The position numbers and the translations under genes are program-made. The notes below the pieces were generated by a model. That model was given only the letters and a program-made list of their open reading frames with translations, made no database searches and was not told the origin of the DNA. A stretch of DNA of 64,000 nucleotides from a virus. Numbering within the stretch: the stretch's first letter is position 1; each line of letters starts with the position of its first letter. The stretch lies in the IMG/VR virus record IMGVR_UViG_3300045538_000426, positions 58,970 to 122,969 of that record; one strand, 5' to 3'. Positions 1 to 8,674 of this stretch are shown here, one piece after another.

Positions 1-2
1 TC

Positions 3-242
3 AATGGTCAAAAAATCAAATGGGTGTATTTGAAACAGAATGAATACGGAATCGATGCTCTCGCGTTTAAGGCTGACGGAAATGATTCGAAAGAGATATT
101 GAGTTTTATAGATACCTACATAGACAGATCAGCGATGTACGACCAAGAACTGAAGACCAAACTCCAGGACTTTTACGCTGTATTGAAGTGGCAGTATCCA
201 AGTTTGGAGAGCCGTAAAGCAGAAGAGTTTTTTAGTTTTTGA
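3..242 (+). CDS. hypothetical protein, probably 5'-truncated by window edge
   Basis: Frame is open from the window start through the track ORF 24..242. Confidence 0.6.
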   Translation, partial: NGQKIKWVYLKQNEYGIDALAFKADGNDSKEILSFIDTYIDRSAMYDQELKTKLQDFYAVLKWQYPSLESRKAEEFFSF

Positions 243-283
243 TTTATGTTATACTTCGAACGCAAAAACAACGATAAATAATT

Positions 284-541
284 ATGAAATTCAGAACCCG
301 CGCCGAAGATCCAGATTCACCGATGATTGATACCGACAATCTTCCTGACATGGACGCCTTGATTACGGAAAAAGTGATGGAACTCCGTAACTTATGTTAT
401 TCTGCTGGATACAGGTGTGTATTGACGGTACAACAGAGATACAACGCCACTCTACGTAATGCTTGGTGCATCCATGATTTAGACGACGGTGAAAGTATAT
501 GTGACACTGTAAAGTCCGCCATGCAGGAAAGACTGAAATAG
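284..541 (+). CDS. hypothetical protein
   Basis: ATG ORF, 85 aa, in co-directional run. Confidence 0.7.
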   Translation: MKFRTRAEDPDSPMIDTDNLPDMDALITEKVMELRNLCYSAGYRCVLTVQQRYNATLRNAWCIHDLDDGESICDTVKSAMQERLK

Positions 542-546
542 GATAA

Positions 547-912
547 ATGATTATGAAAATGCCAAATGCAATTCTTATAAATAAGACCGATTCTTCCACT
601 GGAAAAAGGTGGAATGTAGTTTACATAAAAACCGGTGTGGAGACTTATACTCACGTTGGTTCGGAATATGTAAAGACAGATGACATCACAAACTTTGACC
701 CATTTGTAAATTGGTTGGATTATATACCCGATAAGGAATGGGTTCATCCTGTGGTAGCCACTCCGTCTAATAATGGAGGTTGGAATTTATGTGCATTCGA
801 TGGATTCCACAACGCCACTTACAATGGGAAAGATACTACATTGGATTTCTTGTATAGTAACAATCTTCTATTTAAAATGTTCGATAAACTTCTGAAATCG
901 TATGAAAAGTGA
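547..912 (+). CDS. hypothetical protein
   Basis: 121-aa ORF in operon-like run. Confidence 0.7.
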   Translation: MIMKMPNAILINKTDSSTGKRWNVVYIKTGVETYTHVGSEYVKTDDITNFDPFVNWLDYIPDKEWVHPVVATPSNNGGWNLCAFDGFHNATYNGKDTTLDFLYSNNLLFKMFDKLLKSYEK

Positions 913-1114
913 CTTGCTGCATGCGTGTTTGCCACCTGATAGGGATGAAATTTATAGGTTATTAGATCTGTTTGAAAACGCCAAATACACGGAAAATTAT
1001 ATTGTTTCGTCGGTGATGAAACATTTTAGAGGAAGATGTAACCCTGTATTAGTGAGGGAGATTGTGTCGGAATATCTTGCTGCCCGCCCACGGCAGAAAA
1101 TAAGAATAGTATGA
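902..1114 (+). CDS. small protein resembling GatB/YqeY C-terminal helices
   Basis: VSSVMKHFRGRCNPVLVREIV resembles the GatB tail pattern VGQVMKxxRGKANPxxVxE. Confidence 0.45.
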   Translation: MKSDLLHACLPPDRDEIYRLLDLFENAKYTENYIVSSVMKHFRGRCNPVLVREIVSEYLAARPRQKIRIV

Positions 1115-1986
1115 ATTACAGAAAATTACTTCCGTTTCACGATGACGTTAAAGTCATGACGCAGTTTGGCATGCTTCCTCTTTCCGTGATGGAGTTTTCC
1201 AATGATGATAAATGGGACATGGCTTATTTTAAACAAGACGATTCCGAAAAGCGAAGAAGCGACGATTGTGAGTATCTTTCCGGATTGGGGATGAGCGAGT
1301 TTAGCAGTGCTATCTGTGAATTTATTGTAAAGTATTGGAGTTTGGAGAATGCCAACGTCGTTGACCCGTTCGCCGGGCGTTCAACTAGAGCCATAATAAG
1401 TTCAAAGTTGGGTAGGAATTACCAAGGTTACGAAATTTCACCACACACTTTCAATCGTAGTTTGGAACAATACAAAGTCGCGGGGGTAAATCCATTGCTT
1501 CATTTGTCAGATGGTCGGTATATGTTAGAAACCGAAAATGACTTCGCCCACCTCGTCATGACGTGTCCTCCGTATGGATCGATCGAAAAGTATGAGAGTG
1601 TCCCGGGACAATTAAGCGACATTAGAAAATACGACGAGTTTCTCTCTAACATAAGTGTTTGTATATCCAATATATACAGAGTTTTAAAGCCAGGAGGGTT
1701 CTGTTGTTGGGTGGTAGCTGATTGGAGAGATGGTCATGGATACCATCAGTTCAGTAACGACAGCATTCAATTGTTTAAAATGAACGGATTGATACCTCAC
1801 GACACGGTTATTATAAAGAACAATTCTCCATTTGCCGCACTTCAAGCGGGCAAGGCAGCTGCTAAACGGATAACCTCAAAGACACATGAATATCTATTGG
1901 TCTTCCGCAAGGAAGGTGAGCTGAATATAGACGGATTAAAACTAACGGAAATAAACAAATCGGCAAATGCTTTTTTTGAATTATGA
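1111..1986 (+). CDS. DNA amino-methyltransferase (N4-C/N6-A)
   Basis: SAM-binding DPFAGRST followed by catalytic TCPPY motif. Confidence 0.9.
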   Translation: MNYRKLLPFHDDVKVMTQFGMLPLSVMEFSNDDKWDMAYFKQDDSEKRRSDDCEYLSGLGMSEFSSAICEFIVKYWSLENANVVDPFAGRSTRAIISSKLGRNYQGYEISPHTFNRSLEQYKVAGVNPLLHLSDGRYMLETENDFAHLVMTCPPYGSIEKYESVPGQLSDIRKYDEFLSNISVCISNIYRVLKPGGFCCWVVADWRDGHGYHQFSNDSIQLFKMNGLIPHDTVIIKNNSPFAALQAGKAAAKRITSKTHEYLLVFRKEGELNIDGLKLTEINKSANAFFEL

Positions 1987-2138
1987 GAATGTCAGATACG
2001 ATTTTACTTGAATGGGAGGATTTGGTACTAGATTTTATAAAGATAGGATTTACCAGAGTTGAAGCAAGAATTTGTGCCACTGCAATAATGGAAGATAGGT
2101 ATAAAAAATTTACAACCCTCGATGATGTGGTAGACTGA
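1983..2138 (+). CDS. small hypothetical protein (51 aa)
   Basis: Hand-translated MRMSDTILLEW...DDVVD*; ATGA overlap with upstream stop. Confidence 0.55.
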   Translation: MRMSDTILLEWEDLVLDFIKIGFTRVEARICATAIMEDRYKKFTTLDDVVD

Positions 2139-2159
2139 TGGAGATATAAAACTAAAATC

Positions 2160-2903
2160 ATGAAAAAACAAACTGTAGAGACATTCATCAAGAAGTATTC
2201 ACTTAACGGACTCGTTGACTCTGTCAAGTGGACCGTTGATTCCGATAAAAAGACACTTACCACCAACGCTATCACGGAGGAAAAGAACGTCTTGATTGCT
2301 GTGGAGATTGCTAATTTCGACGCGATTGATGAGAAGTGTGAATTAGGAGTCTTCGAGACATCTCGTCTATCTAAGATGTTATCGGTTCTCTCCGATACGG
2401 TTACACTTTCTCTCAATAAGAAGGACGATAAGATTACTTCTGTTGGACTTTCTGACGACAATGACACCGTAGCACAATTCATCACATCCGACCTCGCGGT
2501 TATCCCATCCGCTCCGGCGTTGAAGAAACTCCCTGACTTCGGTGTGGAGATACTCTTGGACACCGACTTTGTCTCACGTTTCGTAAAAGCGAAGAATGCT
2601 CTTCCCGAAGTAGATACGTTTACTTTACTGATGAACAAGAAGTCTAAGTTGGAGATGGTCTTAGGTCATTCCACTTTAAATAGCAATCGTATCACGTTGG
2701 GTGTAGATGCGGTCGATGGTAAGGACGTGGTCAAGAAAAGCGTTAGCTTTAATGCTAAGTATTTCAAGGAAATCTTAGTGGCCAACAGCGACTGCCCATC
2801 TGCCGTGTTGAGAGTAAGTGATGCGGGTTTGTCAACGGTGGAATTCATAAATTCCGATTTCAAGTCGACTTATTACATGGTCGAGGTTAAGATGGTTGAC
2901 TAA
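2160..2903 (+). CDS. gp45: T4-like DNA polymerase sliding clamp
   Basis: 247 aa, gp45-like sequence pattern, directly upstream of clamp loader. Confidence 0.8.
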   Translation: MKKQTVETFIKKYSLNGLVDSVKWTVDSDKKTLTTNAITEEKNVLIAVEIANFDAIDEKCELGVFETSRLSKMLSVLSDTVTLSLNKKDDKITSVGLSDDNDTVAQFITSDLAVIPSAPALKKLPDFGVEILLDTDFVSRFVKAKNALPEVDTFTLLMNKKSKLEMVLGHSTLNSNRITLGVDAVDGKDVVKKSVSFNAKYFKEILVANSDCPSAVLRVSDAGLSTVEFINSDFKSTYYMVEVKMVD

Positions 2904-2921
2904 GTTGACTAATAACAAGTT

Positions 2922-3878
2922 ATGAATTTTTCGTTTGAGGAAGAGGTTCCCAAATCTACGGTTGTAAATTCTCTATGGGTAGAGAAATACCGACCCGATA
3001 AATTGGATGGGTATATAGGAAATGACCAACTTAAACAGACGGTTTCATCCTTTATTACGCGAAATGACATACCACATCTACTGTTTTATGGAACGGCTGG
3101 CACAGGAAAGACGACTCTCGCTAAGTTGATAACTAAGAACGTCGAATGTGATGTCCTTTATATTAACGCGAGTGATGAAAACTCCGTTGACACGGTCAGA
3201 TCGAAGATTAAGGGGTTCGCTTCGACTACAGGATTTACATCGTTAAAGGTGATTATTCTGGATGAGTCAGACTTTTTGTCTCAGGAAGCTCAGGCGGCTC
3301 TACGAAATCTGATGGAGACATTCAGTCTCACTACTCGGTTTATATTGACATGTAACTATCAGGAAAAGATTATCCCCGCGTTAATCTCCCGTTGTCAGAC
3401 GTATCAAATAAATCCAATTAGTAAGAAAGAGGTGGCGATTCACCTCAAATCAATCTTCGAGAAGGAATCGGTCAAATTCTCGATGGAAGACTTGGGATAT
3501 ATAGTGAACACGTATTATCCCGATATCCGTAAGATATTGAATTTCTCCCAACAAAGTGTGTTGGACGGAACTATCAAAATCAATACTTACGATGCCGTAG
3601 GAACTGATTTGAAGAATAAGATAATAAGTTCACTGTCAAATTCGAATAACATATCCACTACGTTCAACGAAATACGTCAGATAGTTGCTGATAATGACAT
3701 TCGTTCGTTCGACGAGTATTATTCATTACTCTACGAAAGATGTTCGGATTACTCCAAGGGAAAGGATGTTCCTGTAATTATTACAATCGCTGAATACGTT
3801 CATCAAAGTAGTTTGGTGGTCGATAAGGAGATTACATTCATGGCGTGTATCGCAGCGGTTCTAAAGTCAATAAAATGA
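2922..3878 (+). CDS. gp44: clamp loader AAA+ subunit (gp44/RFC-small-like)
   Basis: LWVEKYRP, Walker A GTAGTGKT, INASDE, LDESD, SRC motif. Confidence 0.95.
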   Translation: MNFSFEEEVPKSTVVNSLWVEKYRPDKLDGYIGNDQLKQTVSSFITRNDIPHLLFYGTAGTGKTTLAKLITKNVECDVLYINASDENSVDTVRSKIKGFASTTGFTSLKVIILDESDFLSQEAQAALRNLMETFSLTTRFILTCNYQEKIIPALISRCQTYQINPISKKEVAIHLKSIFEKESVKFSMEDLGYIVNTYYPDIRKILNFSQQSVLDGTIKINTYDAVGTDLKNKIISSLSNSNNISTTFNEIRQIVADNDIRSFDEYYSLLYERCSDYSKGKDVPVIITIAEYVHQSSLVVDKEITFMACIAAVLKSIK

Positions 3879-3910
3879 GACAGTAGTAATCTTTATAAGA
3901 ACTAACATGG

Positions 3911-3934
3911 AAACCGGCCTCTGGCCGGTTTTTT
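3911..3934 (+). terminator. intrinsic terminator
   Basis: aaaccggcc-tct-ggccggttt hairpin followed by T-tract. Confidence 0.85.
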
Positions 3935-3960
3935 AGTTTGTAGAAACGATAACTGATTGA

Positions 3961-3968
3961 TATTTATA
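3961..3968 (+). promoter_or_regulatory. putative late promoter TATTTATA
   Basis: Recurs 3-20 nt upstream of starts at 3975, 11942, 17833, 39960, 52469, 56757 and (minus) 21091. Confidence 0.65.
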
Positions 3969-3974
3969 GGATAA

Positions 3975-4553
3975 ATGAAACAAAAACTACACGAAAACGA
4001 CCTCGGTGATAGAATGGCTCTTGGGTTGCCGTATGGAACATCTGGTGTGGTCAATCCAGGAGCAGGCACATTTAGTTCACCTGACGCATCTCAGACTCCA
4101 TCTAGTTTTTATCAAGATGGTCCTAACAAAGTAAGCTCTTATAACAACGATAAAGCAATCGGTATAAATAAAGACGATATTGCTTTGTTGAAGGGAAGAG
4201 TCACTCCCGATGAGATACTGTGTGGAATGGAGTATGAACTCAAGCGAATGGTCGACCGAAACAAAGGAAAGGCGAAGGAAATCGTAGTGGCGAATCTAAA
4301 GAGAGATCCTAAGTATTATTCTAGTCTCGGTATGCTTATTCACGGAGACGAACGTATAAACGAGTCGGTTGACCCGGAAAAAATGGCTGCGGAAAAGAAG
4401 AAAGCATTTGAAGAGATATTCTCCGGTATGATGGCTAGTCAAGGAAAGACCACGGTCAGAAACGTTGATGAGAGAGTGGTAAATGCATATAAGGAAACCG
4501 CTGCTCGTTCAAACGAACGTCGGAAGCCATTTGGAACGATTATAAAATTATGA
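3975..4553 (+). CDS. DUF5661-like protein, probable virion protein
   Basis: GMEYE...NLKRDPKYYSSL, paralogous to next ORF. Confidence 0.6.
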   Translation: MKQKLHENDLGDRMALGLPYGTSGVVNPGAGTFSSPDASQTPSSFYQDGPNKVSSYNNDKAIGINKDDIALLKGRVTPDEILCGMEYELKRMVDRNKGKAKEIVVANLKRDPKYYSSLGMLIHGDERINESVDPEKMAAEKKKAFEEIFSGMMASQGKTTVRNVDERVVNAYKETAARSNERRKPFGTIIKL

Positions 4554-5185
4554 GACTATTTGAGTTTTACCCCGATATATCAACTGACAAATTATCTGGC
4601 GGAAAGGGAGATGGCGCATTGCCGAGTCATACGGACACCGCTGAACTTGCATTAGGCGTTCAGATAGAATCCGAACACACGGATGACCCCGACATAGCCA
4701 CGGAAATTGCCACCGATCACCTCACTGAAGACCCGAAGTATTACTCCAAACTTATATCTGCTGGACTTTCTGATGAATTTCCTTCGATGGTTAATTCTGG
4801 ATTGGGTGATCCGAATGCACCATTGAATAAAGTATCCAAGATTGGTAATGACGTGACATATTGTAAGCCTGGGAATAATATAGGCAAAATTACTAAGACA
4901 TCGGACGGTAATATACCCGGCAGATCAGACAAGCCCATCGTTGATAAGTCTATATCGGAGATAAAGTCGGATACGACATATGGTGATTATGCTAAGATAG
5001 CACAAAGAGTCATTGATGCTCTCATGGTTATGGCTAGGAAGACTCCGAAGAACTTCACGGAAGCGGAAAAAATGATAACTCCGAGTTTTGTGAAAAGCGT
5101 TCTATTAGGATTGGGTCAGTCACATCCGGAACTTAGTGAAAAGTTGACGTCGTTAGCAGCGATTGCAAGAAAACCGAAATTCTAA
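4550..5185 (+). CDS. DUF5661-like protein
   Basis: ELALGVQIESEHTDDPDIATEIATDHLTEDPKYYSKL. Confidence 0.7.
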   Translation: MRLFEFYPDISTDKLSGGKGDGALPSHTDTAELALGVQIESEHTDDPDIATEIATDHLTEDPKYYSKLISAGLSDEFPSMVNSGLGDPNAPLNKVSKIGNDVTYCKPGNNIGKITKTSDGNIPGRSDKPIVDKSISEIKSDTTYGDYAKIAQRVIDALMVMARKTPKNFTEAEKMITPSFVKSVLLGLGQSHPELSEKLTSLAAIARKPKF

Positions 5186-5186
5186 C

Positions 5187-6491
5187 ATGTTAAACGAGAG
5201 TCCTGATAAGTTAATATTGAAGGGAAAGAAGCTTTCGTGGCACGCGGGCATTACATTCTTTGCATTCAAGACACCCGGTGGAAAGTTTCATATAGCTCTA
5301 TCTCATGGATCGACATCTGACTTTCATATGCAGATAAATGAAATAGATCTTACTTCATATATCAAGAAAAATCACACCGAATTCATGACTTATTTGGATC
5401 ATGAAAGTATGGCTGCGGTAATCCATGCTATAAAGCCGGACATAATCAAGAAGGAAATGAACCGGGAGGAATTTGAATTCAGTGGTCGGATGTGGCAGGA
5501 CAGTGGGAAGAATTATCTATCGTTCTGGAACAGTCGTCAAAGAGTTGAGGAGAACCGTTCATTGTTAGACCGATTGATGGCTTTGCTTAAAATCAAATTC
5601 GACAATTCACTATTCGAATTTCCTCAAAATCAGGGAGATTATCGTCCATATGATCAAATAGGAGGAACTGCGGAACTTCCGAAGAAAGATATGGCTAAAT
5701 TCATGTCACAGCTTCACACTCTTCCTCCCGGAGCAAAGAAGTGGGCCATGCAAGGGTTATCTATGAAAGAGGCACTCATGAGTGAGAACCCCGACGTCAT
5801 ATACATGGATGATTCTGGAAAGGAATCTTATAGTTGGGGTTCTATCCAAGTCAGTTCAGTATTCTCCGTATTTAATAATTTAAGAGACGGTGTCGATTCA
5901 CAATACATCGTCGCCGTGTGTTCCGGTGCAAATCAGTATATAACCACTGGAGACGATAGGTTTGATAGAGAATTGCAGTTGGATAAGTATGCTCGTGAAA
6001 CGGCTGGTGAGTACATGAATCACGATACGTTGCTTAGTCCACTTGCTGATTATTTAATAGGTGACGATGATGAGGACGTGTGGAACCTCAGAGCGGCTAC
6101 GTTAGTGTCAGGTCGAAGTTGGAAGTTGGATAGTGGATCGGTTTTTTCGTTCTGGAATAAACAGTCGGTAGTTCAACGATATAAAAAACAGATAGATGAA
6201 ATTATGAATAAGATAGGGGCTCGTGCAGAGAGTTCCAAATTTGAATCTATAGATCATCAAAACGAAATGAAATCGTATGAAGAGTTTTTCGGTGGACAAC
6301 TTCAAAAATCTAAACTATCGGATGTTCAGATACGAGAATTGATGAAGATACAACACTTGGATCCGAGAGCAAAGAAAATCCTCCACGCGTTGGCGAATAG
6401 AGGGGATTATGCGGATTCCATGAAAAGCGCAGCTGCATCCATGAATATAACGGTAGCTCAACTTAAAAATCGAATTACACAGGGAGACTGA
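5187..6491 (+). CDS. hypothetical protein with an internal two-domain duplication
   Basis: SGRMWQDSGKNYLSFWN / SGRSWKLDSGSVFSFWN and LHTLPPGAKK / QHLDPRAKK; start moved to MLNESP. Confidence 0.75.
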   Translation: MLNESPDKLILKGKKLSWHAGITFFAFKTPGGKFHIALSHGSTSDFHMQINEIDLTSYIKKNHTEFMTYLDHESMAAVIHAIKPDIIKKEMNREEFEFSGRMWQDSGKNYLSFWNSRQRVEENRSLLDRLMALLKIKFDNSLFEFPQNQGDYRPYDQIGGTAELPKKDMAKFMSQLHTLPPGAKKWAMQGLSMKEALMSENPDVIYMDDSGKESYSWGSIQVSSVFSVFNNLRDGVDSQYIVAVCSGANQYITTGDDRFDRELQLDKYARETAGEYMNHDTLLSPLADYLIGDDDEDVWNLRAATLVSGRSWKLDSGSVFSFWNKQSVVQRYKKQIDEIMNKIGARAESSKFESIDHQNEMKSYEEFFGGQLQKSKLSDVQIRELMKIQHLDPRAKKILHALANRGDYADSMKSAAASMNITVAQLKNRITQGD

Positions 6492-6493
6492 CG

Positions 6494-7099
6494 ATGAATC
6501 GAAGGGACATAATAAACAGATACAAGACACGTTCCACGTTGAATGAGAGTGGAATCAATGAGATTGACTATAAAAGCCTCGCCGTCGCTGGTATGATAGG
6601 AGCCGCTTCTATGTTTCCCGGACAATCTAAAGCGTCACAGGAACCAACCTCAACGGTTCAGAAAGTTTCTTATCCATATACTTTGGAGGATATTATAGCA
6701 GCGACCATCGTCGATGAAGCGGGTGGAGAAAAAGATGCCGCGCGGGATATGCAATCTGTTTTGAATGTTATAATGAAACGTGGGAATGGTGATATACGGT
6801 CCGCCGCGGCAGCATGTTTGAAAGAAAAACAATTTAGCGGATGGAATCCCATAAAGAAGTCTGACATCAAGAGCGTCAATAGTTTTATAGAGAAGAAGAG
6901 AAAACACGGAAAATATTCCGTCGCTCTGAAATTGGTCGCTCAGGCTCGTGCCGGAACACTGAAGGATATCACCAATGGAGCAGATCATTTTCTCAATCTG
7001 GAATTGACAAAATCTCAAAGTGGAAAGATTCCGTCTTGGTATGACCCTAAAAAAGTGACGGGTAAGATAGGAAGGACCACGTTCCTGAAATTGAATTGA
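6494..7099 (+). CDS. SleB/Hydrolase_2-type cell wall hydrolase
   Basis: EAGGE...VLNVIMKR...QFSGWN...GADHF...IGRTTF. Confidence 0.85.
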   Translation: MNRRDIINRYKTRSTLNESGINEIDYKSLAVAGMIGAASMFPGQSKASQEPTSTVQKVSYPYTLEDIIAATIVDEAGGEKDAARDMQSVLNVIMKRGNGDIRSAAAACLKEKQFSGWNPIKKSDIKSVNSFIEKKRKHGKYSVALKLVAQARAGTLKDITNGADHFLNLELTKSQSGKIPSWYDPKKVTGKIGRTTFLKLN

Positions 7100-7100
7100 T

Positions 7101-7358
7101 ATGGAAGAATACCCTGTTATTAACTCTGACATGATCCGTAATATGATGATAAGACGGAATCAGTCTAATGAATTTCAACAAGTCGTTCAATATGATCCCT
7201 CGGAGGTAACGGAGTTAGAAGAGTTTTGTGCCAAATATGGAATATTAGGTGTAAATTTTGGTAAAATGTCTCCCAGAGCAACGTTGAGTATGTTGAAGGC
7301 TAAAATGGGAATACGTGATTCTGTGAATGAGAATAAAAAGATTTTGTTGAAAGGATAA
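7101..7358 (+). CDS. hypothetical protein
   Basis: 85-aa ORF tightly packed in operon. Confidence 0.7.
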   Translation: MEEYPVINSDMIRNMMIRRNQSNEFQQVVQYDPSEVTELEEFCAKYGILGVNFGKMSPRATLSMLKAKMGIRDSVNENKKILLKG

Positions 7359-7362
7359 TTAT

Positions 7363-8331
7363 ATGAAAAATTACATACGTCTCGTAGTATTGATCGCGTC
7401 GTTATCGTTGGCCGGATGCACAACGTTGATGGATTCGTTTAAATCAAGTGAAACCAAAGCACAGGACAAGCTCGATAAGAAGACCTCTGAGATTCTCGTA
7501 GACAAAGATGCTTTGTCAAAAAACAACATCGTCAAGTTAAAACAAATAGGAACCGTGTCTAAAGGAGTTCAACACGCGTTGAATAAGGACACGAACAATT
7601 CTCCTCCTATAAACGTAGCCAGAGAGTTAAATGACCGGGTTATTTCTCTAGCCGGAAATCCAGACGTTAAGGATGTTGTCCGCGTGAAGCAAGTTGTGGA
7701 TGATTTGATTTCGGAGGTGGAAGCTGAACAGAAACGGGGAAAATCGGAATTGACCAGACTTGACAAGGAACTCCAATACTCACAATCCCAGCGTGACCTC
7801 ATTCAGAGTTCATTTGATAAGAAATCGGAAGAATATAGGAAAATCAGTGAAAAAATCGCATATATAAGCGACCAACAAGAGGCCGCTGTGGAACAGATGG
7901 ATAAGTGGTTTGGATTGGGAGCAGTATTCTATGGATTGAAGAAATTTGTAATATCTTCTATATGGATTCTCTCAATCGGAACGATTTTATTCATGGGTCT
8001 TAGGATATTGTCACAGACCAATCCGATTGCTGCGTCTGTTTTTAGTATATTTGAGTTAATGGGAAGTGGAGTGCTTCGTGTAATTAAGTCGATACTTCCA
8101 AATTCATTCGGTCATGCCAAGTTCGTCGATACATCCACGTCGGAAAAGTATAGAATCACACTGGATAGAATAATCGATACACTACAGTCGTTGAAAGAGC
8201 AGAATGCTGTGCTTCCCAACGAGTCTAAATTTGACTTAGCTAAGACGTTCTTGGAACTTGACAAGAAAATGGATAGCGTCGAGAAGAAAGTTGTCTATGA
8301 CCGACTCGTTTCGATGGGTTGGAAAATATAA
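7363..8331 (+). CDS. lipoprotein with coiled coil and C-terminal membrane segment (spanin-like candidate)
   Basis: Lipobox LAG|C, heptad-rich middle, hydrophobic FVISSIWILSIGTILFMGL. Confidence 0.6.
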   Translation: MKNYIRLVVLIASLSLAGCTTLMDSFKSSETKAQDKLDKKTSEILVDKDALSKNNIVKLKQIGTVSKGVQHALNKDTNNSPPINVARELNDRVISLAGNPDVKDVVRVKQVVDDLISEVEAEQKRGKSELTRLDKELQYSQSQRDLIQSSFDKKSEEYRKISEKIAYISDQQEAAVEQMDKWFGLGAVFYGLKKFVISSIWILSIGTILFMGLRILSQTNPIAASVFSIFELMGSGVLRVIKSILPNSFGHAKFVDTSTSEKYRITLDRIIDTLQSLKEQNAVLPNESKFDLAKTFLELDKKMDSVEKKVVYDRLVSMGWKI

Positions 8332-8374
8332 TTTCTTGAATCTAACATGTTGTGGTATATATTGTTATCTGGAT

Positions 8375-8674
8375 ATGAGATATTACATTGTAGACACAAC
8401 CCAATCCAACGAACCTAGGATTTTTGATTCTTTGCCATCGTTGGTTTTTCACCTAGAAGGATCTGTGCAGCGAAAATTTGGACTTACGAGGGACGCATAT
8501 ATGCACAATCTCATAAGTTTGGGTTATGGATACGATGATAGGGAAGGTGCCACTTTTACTACCGCCATGTCGGAGGAATTCAACATCGGTGTAGTTCGTT
8601 CCGGTAAGTTATTGAGAACAAACGTCCACGAAGCGGCATATGGAAACAAATACCGCCAACAACACGGAGATTAA
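8375..8674 (+). CDS. hypothetical protein
   Basis: ATG MRYYIVD chosen inside track ORF 8258..8674. Confidence 0.7.
   Translation: MRYYIVDTTQSNEPRIFDSLPSLVFHLEGSVQRKFGLTRDAYMHNLISLGYGYDDREGATFTTAMSEEFNIGVVRSGKLLRTNVHEAAYGNKYRQQHGD

Noticed and set aside
1862-2638. 258-aa minus-strand ORF and other long shadow ORFs (for example 6650..7132, 26255..26761, 59542..60093, 61845..62360)
   Set aside because: Each lies antisense to a well-supported gene and has no motifs or expression signals.
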